Assembly (NCBI RefSeq): GCF_001194135.2
Contig: NC_068985.1
Coordinates: 43,080,293 to 43,144,292, forward strand
Source: Octopus bimaculoides
Taxonomy: Eukaryota
Reading direction: 5' to 3'
DNA length: 64,000 nucleotides
Position 1 is the first letter of the stretch. Each line of letters starts with the position of its first letter. Shown here in pieces: positions 11,996 to 24,234 of the stretch. The translations under genes were made by a program, and so were the position numbers. The notes below the pieces were generated by a model. The model saw nothing but the letters and a program-made list of their open reading frames with translations. It did no database searches and was not told the origin of the DNA.

Positions 11996-13423
11996 TGACA
12001 CATCACAAATTTTACAGTTTATTTGTGAAATTTAAGTATTACCACCAAAGAACCAAATACTAAATTCCTTACAATGGTAACACAAGTGCTTGTACACATA
12101 CAAACATTAGTGTACACAGACACACAAGCATAATCTGTGTACATATATACACACACATAGACAATCAGTGTGTACATACACCCATATGCACACCCAAATA
12201 CAGTCAATGCTATTTCACACATATACACAAATATAATTAGAGTCCGTCCACATACACACTAATATAACCAATGTCCCAACATATACACAAACAGAATTAT
12301 TGTATCACACACACACACACTCTCTCTAACAGCTGAGCCTTTTAATTAAATCCAAGAATTACAATATTCCACAGTAGAGTAATTAAAGCTTTCTGTAGAA
12401 GCCAAATGATCAAGCTGATATTATTGTTTAATCCTAGTTCAGCTCTTATTGAGTACATTACATAAACCAATTATTGTCCATTTCAAGACAATGGGTTGCA
12501 ATTCACATAAAGCTACCTTCATTGGTTCATGTAGGTATGTTATGGAACTATCAACTCAAAAGGTTTTCAATTCCAATCTACTGCAGGTATTTTATTAATT
12601 ACATACAAAGTTAGTGCCTAAGATAAAGCAGCACCTAGAAATGCATTTGATTCCTATCTACTGTAAACCAGGAAACCAAAAGAAATGATTGATTAACCTC
12701 AAGGACATATTTACAATTGTTTATTAGTTAACATGAAACACAACCACAGCAGTTGATTCATCTGAAAATAATCATTATGTTTTGATAGGATGTGGAAACA
12801 TTTTCAGAAATCACTTGATCTGATTCAACCACAAAATTTAAACTATACAATTCTTTCAGGGCTGTAATGAGTATAAAATAAGCAATTGATAGTTTAGGTC
12901 AATTAGGGAGCATATGAATTTATTCAGTAGCCATCAGGAAACAACTTTTTTCAGCAAAAGATTCCTGCTGAAATACTAAACATTTCTTCTTCCTTTTGGC
13001 ACACTAATTTATTTCATATTTGAACCGTCAGGAATATTATTTAACTCTCTAATTTACCATCTAAAACAAATTGAATTTTACAACAAACAATTTATATTGG
13101 GATACCTACAATTATGCATATATGCAATCACATTATATTGTATATACATCAGAGAGATAATTATACATATACAGGTTTATATATATATTCTACACATACC
13201 CACTTTTACCTTTTGTTTTTTAAGGGGTTAGTCAGAGGAAAAAGGGGAAACACTTGACCCATTCTTTAGAATTTCCAAAACTGGTGGGAATTATCCTCAT
13301 ACCAGACACTTCACTCATTCAGATGCTTACAAAAGACTGGATCCTACTAAAAGTACTCTGATGATAGGTGGTATTGTTAAATCGATTGTCTATCATTCAA
13401 GAACATGAATATATATATATATG

Positions 13424-13810
13424 CAGGAATTCAAGACGGGATGCCCCAGGGAGCTCCTCTATGCTGACAGACAATAACACAGGAATTCAAGACAGGATGC
13501 CCCTGGGAGCTCCTCTATGCTGATGATCTTGCCCTAATTGCTGAATCACTATCAGAACTAGAGAAGTTTCAGGTGTGGAAGCAAGGACTAGAATCAAAGG
13601 GCCTTAGAGTCAACTAGCTAAAACCAAAGTCCTAATAAGCAGAAAGGTAGACAAAACACAAACCCCTTCAGGTAGATGGCCCTGCTCAATCTGTAGAAAA
13701 GGCGTAGGTAGAAACTCCATAAGATGTACCCAGTGTAAGCTATGGACACATAAGAGGTGCAGCAATATCAAAGGAAGGCTAACTAGCAAGATAGTTTTTG
13801 TATGTGGCAA
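13424..13810 (+). mobile_element. Young 5'-truncated RTE LINE reverse-transcriptase fragment
   Basis: Translates to EFKTGCPWELLYADDLALIAESLSELEKFQVWKQGLESKGLRV..KTKVL, including the YADD catalytic motif, followed by CSICRKGVGRNSIRCTQCKLWTHKRC. Confidence 0.9.
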
Positions 13811-15351
13811 AAATAATAAGAATAAACATATCTGCGATAACAAAATCGATAGTATGTACGTAAATATACAAGTATGCTTAAAACTCTATGAATATAACTT
13901 TTCGGGGATAAACTTGCTGACCCAACTAGAGAAGGAGAAAGAGTGTAAACAACTGGCGTTGCCCATAATAAAGCAAGTCTTTCTAGGGACGAAATTAGTG
14001 TAATATTAGCGTCCTGAAAATCAATTATAAAATTTAACAATAAGCTATGGATTTGTAAGGATACTCCGGAGGCTTTCGACGTTCCTATGGGAAGTTCAGA
14101 TTCAGCTCAAACAGCTGATATACATATAGTCATATATATATAGTTTTAGGGAAAAGAACCAAGGTTCGTGAACTCATCGATGAAAATCCACTGTCACATA
14201 TAGAAAAATTAATAAGTAAAAGCACAATAAATATTACTATAGGTAAGAGAATATCTTTACATTCATCTAATATAGAGATCTTCGAAAAGCATGCACCTTA
14301 TTACAATAAAGCCCTTCACAAGGTGGGATATACTAATGATATAAAATTTTTTAATAATCCGAAGTATAATTATAATTTTATTAGTAATAATTATAATAGT
14401 AATGATCTTTTTGATAACCATAACCTTTATACTCATGATAATGTCTTCTTAGGTAATTATAATAAGAATAATAGGTATTATGAAAATAAATTACATAAAC
14501 ATAATTGTTATGGAAACAATAATAAAATTTAATTTTAATTTTTTTAATGATAATAATAAATTTGATAATATTAATAATAAATACAATATCTATAATAAGA
14601 ACAAACTCTGGCTAATCATTCCATACAGCGTTCAAGTTAAAACTAACATTATTAAAGAAATTTTTAAAGTTATTGACATATTCCTTAGAGATAATAAAAA
14701 ATATTATAATATATTTTCTACTAATAATTTTGGTGTAGGTTATTCTACTACTAATAATGTTGCGAATATTATCTCTTCTTTTAATAGATTTAAGTTAAAT
14801 AAGTATTATAAATTTAATACTTATTCTAATAATAATAATAATGTAGACCAGGATATAATTAACTGTACATGTAGAGATAAGACTAAATGTAAATTTAATA
14901 ATAAATGTAATTTGAAGGATATCGTGTATAAATGCATAGTGACTTTAATGAATGGGAATAAACATAATGGTTATAATTTAAATAAGATTTATATAGGATC
15001 GGCTTCTAATAAAATAAAATTACGAGTGGCTCAACATATGCACTTATTTAAGAATAGAAATTTGATTAATTCTACTGGCCTTAGTAAATATATTTGGGAA
15101 CTTAAATCTAAAAATATTAACTACAATTTAAAATGGGAGATAGTTTGTAAGGCGAAATCTTATCGTATAGGTAATAATTTTTGTACTTTATGTAATAATG
15201 AATTTAAAGATATTATTTCATAATTATAATACTTTACTTAATTCTTTTGATGAACGAAAAATAAAATGTAGACATAAATTACTTTATTTATATAAAATTT
15301 TTAGCTAATTGTGATTTTTTAATATATATATATTTGTATGCGTGAGTGTTT

Positions 15352-15440
<89 letters not shown>

Positions 15441-17224
15441 ATGTATGTATAAGTATGTTTATGTATGTGCATATATATGTATATGTATGGGTATATGTAT
15501 ATATATGAGTGTGTTTTAGCCTGTATGTGTTAGTATGTATATATATATATGTGTGTATGTATATATATATGTATATATATGTATATATGTATGTATATGT
15601 GTATGTATATATATATATGTATATAAATGTGTGTGTGTGTGTGTGTGTAAGTGTGCATTTGTTTATACTATTCCTTCTTTACTAAATGTAGTAGTTATAA
15701 TTTATATTTATTAATTGTGTATTTATTGGTACGTTAATATTTTTGTGAGTTTAAGGATTTAATATTGTAATGACACTATGATTTTTATAAGATTAATAAT
15801 ATAAATATTTTAATTAATTAAATTAATAATAGCATTTTAGCTTATTTCATATATATTATTTAAGTTATGTTTCTTAGTCTTATTATTTAATATTCATAAT
15901 TACTTAGAATTTAAAGTTCATTAAAATGTTTTACAATATAGCTAATTGTTTTATTTATGATGTAAGTTATATAAAGTTTAAATCTTTCATTCGTGATTTT
16001 ATGAATAATTCTTTCATTCATGTTTTTGTATCTCTTTATTCTATTCTCTATCTTAACGTAGTATCTTTGCGTGACCTCTTTCTAATAAACACTCTAGTTC
16101 TGAGTTTAACGTCTAAGTTTTAGTTTGAACTGCAGCAGCGTAGCGATAAGTATCGTTTTTAACTTTGTTAAATGACTTTATATCATTGTTTGAAAAAAAT
16201 ATGTACTTTTATATTATTCAATTGATTTTTATTGATAATTCTAGTCAATACCTTTTTTTAACACTAAATTAATTAGTAGTAAGTGTATCATCTTAGACTA
16301 AACTAAGACTTCGATTAGATTAGGGTTGAATTTTTTCCATTAATACTATTTAATATTTCTTTTTATTTTATGGGATAAATAACTAGTCTTTTTATTTAAT
16401 TTCTTTGATTATACAATATCGTTAATTGTTTTATTATGACTTAAGTTATACAAAGTTTAATCTTTCATACATAATAAAATTTTCATTCATATTTTTATAT
16501 CTATTTATTCTATTCCTTTTATTTACGCAATATTTTCACGAGACTTCTTTTAAATAAACGTTTTAGTCTAAAATCTTCTAGTTTAAACTATTGCATCGTT
16601 TAGATATGTGCTACTTCTATCTTTATTATTTTAACCTGAAACTTCGTTCAAATTGTATTTTAAATGAAAAATTTGTTAAAGTTGGTTTTTGCATATAATA
16701 TTCCTGTTAGCTTGTATTATAATGGACGTAGGGTTGATTATGGAATGTTTATAATTTTGATATTTTAAATAATATTTTTCTATCTTAATATAATAAATAT
16801 TTTATATACATTCATTTGTTATTTATTGTTGGTTGATATATACATTCTTTTATTATTATTATTGTCGTATTTTAACCTGAAAATTAGCGATATTTTTTAA
16901 TAGAATTGATTTTCGATAGTTTTAATTGATTTAAATTTTCTTTCTATTTGAAAATTGGTTATGAAACACGTGTAGTCGTTTTATTATCATTATCTTATGA
17001 TATTTACTCTGTATTATATTATAATTATTTATTGTGCTTTTACTTATTAATTTTTCTATATGTGACAGTGGATTTTCATTGATGAGTTCATGAACCTTGG
17101 TTCTTTTCCCTAAAACTATATATATATATTTTATACTGTGAAACTTAATTTAATATTAATAAATTGAATTTTATTGAGTTTTTACCTGTAAATTTGGATT
17201 TTTATCCCTAATATTATTATCATT
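13811..17224 (+). mobile_element. Penelope-like element (PLE), rearranged, probably Naiad-type
   Basis: RT motif FDVPMGSSDSAQ at ~14075-14110; thumb segment KRISLHSSNIEIFEKHAPYYNKALHKVGY; CxCx5Cx5C linker; GIY-YIG domain; long AT-rich 3' region; 93-bp inverted terminal copy. Clade assignment is from recalled motif patterns only. Confidence 0.8.
14480..15307 (+). pseudogene. GIY-YIG endonuclease domain of the Penelope-like element (frameshifted)
   Basis: NCTCRDKTKCKFNNKC..IVYKC..IYIGSASNKIKLRVAQH..STGLSKYIWELK..KWEIV..CTLC. The ORF stops at 15223; the C-terminal LLN...KCRHK continues in another frame. Confidence 0.85.
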
Positions 17225-17281
17225 ATATAGTCATATATATACAAACATATATATATATACATACATATATATATATATACA

Positions 17282-17381
17282 NNNNNNNNNNNNNNNNNNN
17301 NNNNNNNNNNNNNNNNNNNNNNNNNNNNNNNNNNNNNNNNNNNNNNNNNNNNNNNNNNNNNNNNNNNNNNNNNNNNNNNNN
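17282..17381. other. Assembly gap (100 N)
   Basis: N run next to a TA microsatellite. Confidence 1.
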
Positions 17382-17799
17382 GATCTATTAAGGGAGAGAG
17401 GCTATGAACGCTATACTAAAAGTTTAAATTACAGGAAGGGAAATGGATCGGAGTTAAATCCAGAAATCTAAACTTCAAAAAAGGACGTTAAACGATGATG
17501 ATATATATATATAGTGATATATATTGAAACGCGGAGTAGATGAAACACGGGACAACTTACGAAGGGAATGTTCTTTATGTTGCCTGTCTCATTTCTCTGT
17601 TTCTTTCATTGTTCGAAAAAAGTTCATTTTCTATGTCGTTGTTTTTTATGATCTCGTTTCTCATTTTGCTTAGGTTTTTTTGATTGCCTGTATATATACA
17701 TGTATATGCAGGTATGTACATATATGTACGTATATATGCATTTATTCATATATTATTTATATATAAATATATATATATATATATGTGTGTGTGTGTATT

Positions 17800-18175
17800 A
17801 TCCTTTTCTTTGTTTCAGTTATTTGACTCCGGCCATGCTGGAGCAGCACCTTTAGTTGAGTAAATCGCCCCCAGGACTTATTCATTGTAGGCCTAGTACT
17901 TATTCTATTGGCCTTTCTTGCCAAACCGCTAAGAGACGCAGTTGTAAACACACCAGCATCGGTTGTCTAGCAATGTTGGGGCGACATACGCAAACACACA
18001 CACATATATATACACAATGGGCTTTTTTCAGTTTCCATCTACCAAATCTACTCACAAGGCTTTGGTTGGCCTGAGGCTATAATAGAAGACACTTGCCCAA
18101 GGTGTCACACAGTGGGACTGAACCCAGAACTATGTGGTTGGTAAGCAAGCTACTTACCACACAGCCCCTCCTGCG

Positions 18176-18178
<3 letters not shown>
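17800..18178 (-). mobile_element. CORE-like tRNA-derived SINE with extended tail
   Basis: Minus strand reads ggctgtgtggtaag (A box)...gggttcagtccc (B box)...accttgggcaagtgtctt (CORE-like)... Confidence 0.8.
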
Positions 18179-18221
<43 letters not shown>

Positions 18222-19399
18222 ACGATTTTCGTCCAACCCATGCTAGCATGGAAGGCAGACGTTAAATGATGATGATATACACATCTATACATGTATATAT
18301 ACATATACACATATATACATGTATATATACATATATATACATATACACATGTATATATACATATATATACATATACACATATATATGCATATACACATAT
18401 ATACATATACAGACATATATACATATACGTATATATATGTATATCTATGTATACATGCATATGTGTGTGTGTATATCATTATCATTTAACACCCACTTTT
18501 CCATGCTTGCATGGGTTTGACCCATGAAAGTGGAGCTGAAACTGTATGTATTGTGATGCTAGCTTACCACTTGCCCCAAAGTGCTAACAACAACAAATAG
18601 TAATTTCTAACATAGATGCAAGAATGATTGGGTGATGAAGTTTGCTTGCTAATCACATGGTTTGGTTTCAGTCCCATTGCATGGCACTTTAGGCAGTGTA
18701 TAATGGAAACAGAAAAAAGCATATGATATACGTGTGTGGGAGGAGTTGTAGTGCTGCTCCTCGTCTTGTTATCATCTGATAGTTTAAGTGAGTGTCACCA
18801 TGTTGTAGAATGTTAAGATGGACTCAATGAACTTTTATAAAGATTAAGGCATCTCATGAAACAGTAGAGAGTGTTTGGGGGCCTTGCATAGTAGTAGTCA
18901 ATGTGCGTCGTGTGAATACATTTCTTTACATCCACTTTGTTAAATCATATATCCAAATGCAAACATATAAAACACCATCATGCAAACAAAAATATATCTA
19001 CAATTTTAAAACTTATATGATAATCACCAGTGTAACTTTACAGAATTTACATGGCAGAAGATTAAAATATAATTATATAAAAAGATATGAAATATTTTGC
19101 CATTTTCAAGGAAATGTTCATTTCATTATCATGATTTTAACAGACACTTTTTCCACACTTGCAGGAGTCAGACAAAATTCAATGAGGCAGATTTTATTTG
19201 GATGGATGCTCTTTTCGTGGCCAATTCTCACTTGTTTTCAAGCAAGGTAATATATTTCCCTTAATTGTTTCAACATGAACAGCACAACGGTAAGACATAC
19301 TTTGACAGAGAATTACAAACAATGACACCACTTGATTGAAAATGACGTTTGTTTACAATTAGAGCTCAAAAACATATGAAAACAACACACATACATCAA

Positions 19400-19626
19400 A
19401 ATCATCATCGTTTTAATGTCCACTTCTCCATGCTTTCATGGGTCAGATAGAGTTTATTAAGGCAGATTTTCTATGGCCAGATGCTCTTCTTCTTGCCAAC
19501 TTTTGTTTCCAAGCAAGGTAATATTTCTTCGTGACCAGAGACATACTGGAAATGAATGACATTCATTTACAAAAATCACACTACATCACAACAAATAAAC
19601 AAAAATACTTTCTCTGTCACACACAA

Positions 19627-19667
<41 letters not shown>

Positions 19668-19850
19668 CAATGGGGTTTCTTTTGGGTTTCTACCTACCAA
19701 ATCCACTCACAAAGCTTCAGTAGATGGAGACTGAAACAAAATTTGTATATAGTTGCCCTGGGGCTAAGTTGTCAGGCAGTAGGACTTAATCTGAAACCAT
19801 ATGGCTGGCAAACAAACTTCTTAACCACACAACCATGATGCCTGTGCCTA
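19400..19850 (-). mobile_element. SINE E copy (19400-19560) and CORE-like SINE copy (19660-19850)
   Basis: Reverse-complement matches to the families above. Confidence 0.65.
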
Positions 19851-20809
19851 TTTATCTATTTTTACATAAATGATCATCAATTTGTCTAAACAATATCTGT
19901 ATGAAAATACATTTACATAGAGACAGACTGAAAAAACACCCCAGGCCAGCAATTATTATCATTAATAATGCACAATATTGCTTTGAATATTTCATGATAT
20001 TATTATCAATTTATCTATTCTAAGAAAATATTTGTCTAAATAATATTTGCACAAAAATGTGTTTATCTAGCAACTAAGTACACTCTATAAGGTGGTTGGA
20101 AGGTAGTGAAGATTCTTTAGTCTTGCAAAGTAGTACTTGTACCACAATAAAAACACCTAATATGCTCAGTAAAGTGGTCAGTGTGAGGATAGGCATCCAG
20201 CCATAGAAATCATGCCAAAATTGGACATACAAATGAGACCTGGTCTGTAGCCTGTTTGAGAAAGTGGTAACTTTTAACAAGAACTGATCTGGACTGTGAT
20301 GACTGATCCAGAATGGAAAGTGGATGTAAAATAAAGGTGGAAATTTCAGCAAAGATGCTAGGGAAGTAATGCAAGGTGAAGCCATTGGAGGCAATAAATA
20401 TAAGTACTATAAAAAAAAAACTTAACCAGGTTCTAAAAAATTAAGCTTATTTCATAATAGTGCAAGATCAGTGACTTCATCAAAAGAACTATCTAAAAAG
20501 CATCAAGATTTGACCAACTGGTACATTAGAAACTCTAGCTCAAGCAGAATCTGAAAATGACAGCATTACAATGTTTGTGGATGTTGAAGAAAGATAAAGG
20601 CAAGACACCTAAGATTTGGGTTTGGAATCTTAGAAACAGGATATGTCTGCTGTTTTTGACATTTCTTATTGAATAGGAGATAATATCGACAATAGTACGC
20701 GCGTGCGTATGTGTGTGAATATGTGCATGTGTGTACACAGTAGTTTGAGTAAACAAGAACATTCGGAATGGCAATTTTTAATACTGACAATTAACCCAAC
20801 AAACATAAG

Positions 20810-20985
20810 CATGTAAATAACCACATATATACTAGAACTACATGTAAATATAATCATGTGTCTGAAACCCATGTAAAATAACCATGTGTACGTCAAAACC
20901 ACATGTTAATAACCATGTCTGCCATCAGAACATGTAAATAACCATATGTACACCACAAGAGCTACATGTATGTAACCACATATGT
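20810..20985. repeat. Degenerate ~30-bp minisatellite, six units with core CATGTAAATAACCA
   Basis: Core starts at 20810, 20841, 20870, 20902, 20931 and 20965. Confidence 0.8.
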
Positions 20986-21328
20986 ATATGATGCTTGTGC
21001 TACCACTTATAAACAAAACTGGTCAGAAGAGAAAGCAATACCATAACTTGACAGTAATTTTGTACACAAACAAAAGCAATACAATTACGGGATGTGTCGA
21101 TTTAAACAATCTCACTAGTAGATTCACTGGTATTTCATCAACCCAGGATGAGTGAAAAGTAAAGTCGACTCTCACAGGATTTGAACCACCGCTTTCTTCA
21201 GAAATAACGGCGGAGTAAAAATAAATACACACAAAAGCGAGTCTGCGACACAGGTTCGATTCTAAGTTGAAATAATTTTACACTTGCGCAGCTAATGTGT
21301 CTGAGGAAAGAATGAACGTCACACGTAC

Positions 21329-21395
21329 CTCATTCACATCCCTTCCCTGTGCCTGTCAAAGAAACCTTGGTGAGGAGAATTTGCGACATGAATTT
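21329..21395 (-). other. Candidate 67-nt non-coding (5' UTR) exon of the zinc-finger gene
   Basis: Acceptor ctatttctttcag|AAATTC and donor GAATGAG|gtacgt; stops in all three frames. Link to the ZNF gene is inferred from strand and position. Confidence 0.5.
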
Positions 21396-23255
21396 CTGAA
21401 AGAAATAGTGTATAATCGATTGGATCTATTCTAGTATTTCCTTTATATCTATTTTATGTACTTACCCCTAGCAGAAGAATTAGAAAGCAAAGTCAAACTC
21501 AGCGAAATCTGAACCCAGAAAAATGAATCAAACTGGAGCCAAAAAAAATGAAGCTTGTATGTACATGGTCGTTTGATCCGCTAAAACTATCAGTCAAATC
21601 TTTCTCAAATCACACCTTACTATTTAAAAAAAACAAAAAAACGTGAGATATTGTCGTCCTAAAATAGCTTTAAAAGACGAGATTGTCACAGCTGGGTTGT
21701 CTCTGTTCATTCATGACTGACCTGGAGCTAAACAACAATAGTAAACTAAATACAGCAGAGCTCCACTGCGCTTTCGTTTTCGTTAATTCAACCAAAAATT
21801 AATTATTAAGTTCGTATATAAATATGCATGAATTTTAATGAAGAAATACTTTAGGTTGTGATGTTCATGCCTTTTCAAGCAACAGAAAAACAACAACAAT
21901 AAAGAATTTGGTAATAACACGAATTTAAATATTATTCGAATGAGTAGCATGTCCAGTGACGGCTGAGGAGTGGAATTTTAGCTTCTAATTTAAGAAACTG
22001 ACCATCAAGACTATAGAAGTTAATAAATGTTCTGGACTCGATAGGATAAAAAAAATTTTAATCACACGAATAAAAATAAAATAATTTAGAAAAATAATTT
22101 GATAAAAGAAGATTAGGAGATTAAAAAAAAAACATTGATAAAATCTTATATATAACTATTTCGTTTGTGAGGCGAGGGAAGATGAAGATTTTATCAGATA
22201 ATAATGATGTTTGCATCCCAGAGGGGAAAGTGTCTACATTAAACATATAACATTACTGTGAAGAGATTTTCGAGTCAAAGAGCACCACAATGTAACCATT
22301 ATTGACAATATTCATCCTGTTTTCAGACCTTACTTTATAATATTACCATTAGTCATTCCTACTCTATTTCTCTCTCGCTCTCACCCTCTCTAATTTCTCC
22401 TCTCTCCCTGCTGTGTGCTGGCTGTCTTTCGTTTTGGAAAACCGGCATTCCAGCAATGCGGGTCATTTCAGGACAGAGAGAGAAAGGGAGAGAAAGAAAG
22501 AGAGAAGGGAGAAGATAGCGATAGGTAGGAAGAAAAGGTCGAGAGAGATTTATAAATTGATGATTACTTGATTTCGATGTGTTATTGCAGAGGAAAGTGG
22601 AAAATAATAAACAGCGAAGATCCTGCTAGCAATCGAAGCTGACGGGAGAGAAAAAAAATAATGAGAAAAATCTACAGCACATGCTTGTTTGTTTGTTTGT
22701 TTGTCGAGGATGAATGATTTCATTTCGGCTGGGGAGCTAGGGAAGGAAGAGTCGAATTGGCTATGCTGAATATATAAACTCAATACATATAATTATGTAT
22801 ATGTATATGATTGTGTATATATGTGTGCATACATACACAAAAACCAGTAATAATCAGGAAAGCGCGCGTACAGACATTTATATACACATACACACGCTTC
22901 TAGTGCTACGAAGATTAGAGATGAATCACTCGACGGACACACGCACACAGTGGGGGCGGAGGGGGAGCAATTAACTACAAGGTGGCCAGTAAGTGGGGGA
23001 TCTGTTTTAGAATTAGAACGCACACTAAATGGATTACCCATTTTATAACCACTAACATAACAGTGAGACCATACATTGCCCACTCTCTTACTAAGGCTTA
23101 CCTTATAGACAATAACAACAACAATAATAATAATGATAATAAAGGAGGTAACGGTTGGATGAGATCGAGAAGGAAAAAGAAAAGCTGTCAAAACTAACAA
23201 TGTTTATCTGTGTTCAAAGTTTACTTAATTCTACCACATGGTGGCTGCATCTTAC

Positions 23256-23700
23256 CTCAATTGATGAATTCTTTAGGGAATAAGGCAGGCCGAGATCTGG
23301 TACTGCGAGTGGACATCCAACTACCATTCACGGTGACCACCGAAAAAGTGTACCTGTTAATGCCATTCGATTATCCGACCGCAATCCCTCGGCAATTTCC
23401 GTAGCCGCCGGCAGCAGCCACGGCCGCGGCTCCGGTATGGGGTGCAACGGGATGGAGGGGAGGAAATTGATAGGCGGGAGAAAGAGGAGCATAACGAAAG
23501 AGTGAGGAGTAGGAGGAGAAGGGAAACGAAAGAGAGGGAAAGCGCGAGGAAGAAAGGAGAAAAAGAGAGAATGCGGTTCCTATGAAAGAAACAACCTGCC
23601 GCCACCGACCACCTCACTCTTAATGAATGAATCGTTTTTAGCTTCGCACTTTTGCGCTTCTTCTATATTGCCGGACAGTAGCAGGCAGCTAAGAAAAGGA
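23256..23700 (-). promoter_or_regulatory. CpG/GC-rich candidate first exon and promoter of the zinc-finger gene
   Basis: Local CpG/GC enrichment (gccgccggcagcagccacggccgcgg), pyrimidine-rich leader on the minus strand, strong donor TTGAG|gtaaga at 23256/23255; no repeat similarity seen. Confidence 0.55.
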
Positions 23701-24108
23701 ATATATATATAAACAGAAACTTTCAGCAATCATTATAAACCACTTATATTTGTTGTTTTTGCTTTCACATTAATTTATTGTGTTACTTCTTACCAAGCCT
23801 CAGAATTTATAAGGAGAAATAAGATTGCGGGGAGTTTATGCCTTATCTTGTATGCATAGAGACGAGCGAAACGGTCGAGCTGACGACAAGGGAGTCAAAT
23901 GTGCTGCAAGCGTTTCGTTGTTTTTGTTAAAAGGATTCTTAATGTGACGTTACTCAATTCATTTAGCAGTCCTGCAAGATTTAACATCTGGGAATCTTCT
24001 GTGTGCGCGTGTGCGTGTGTTTCCCAGATATTTTTCATTATCAAGCTGAGTAATGTTTAATGAATGAATGATAAATATCTGTACACAGATAGGTCGCCAG
24101 CGAGATAT

Positions 24109-24157
<49 letters not shown>

Positions 24158-24198
24158 NNNNNNNNNNNNNNNNNNNNNNNNNNNNNNNNNNNNNNNNN
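24158..24198. other. Assembly gap between (CA)n and (TA)n
   Basis: N run. Confidence 1.

Positions 24199-24234
<36 letters not shown>

Noticed and set aside
14323-14532. 69-aa Asn-rich ORF as a separate gene
   Set aside because: It is the frameshifted linker of the PLE ORF.
18077-18527. ORFs rich in Y/I/H/T/C/V (also at 24057, 49026 and 56030)
   Set aside because: Translations of (TA)n/(CA)n microsatellites.
23357-23617. 86-aa ORF with a hydrophobic stretch
   Set aside because: Product of a pyrimidine-rich leader with no recognisable domain; at most a uORF.
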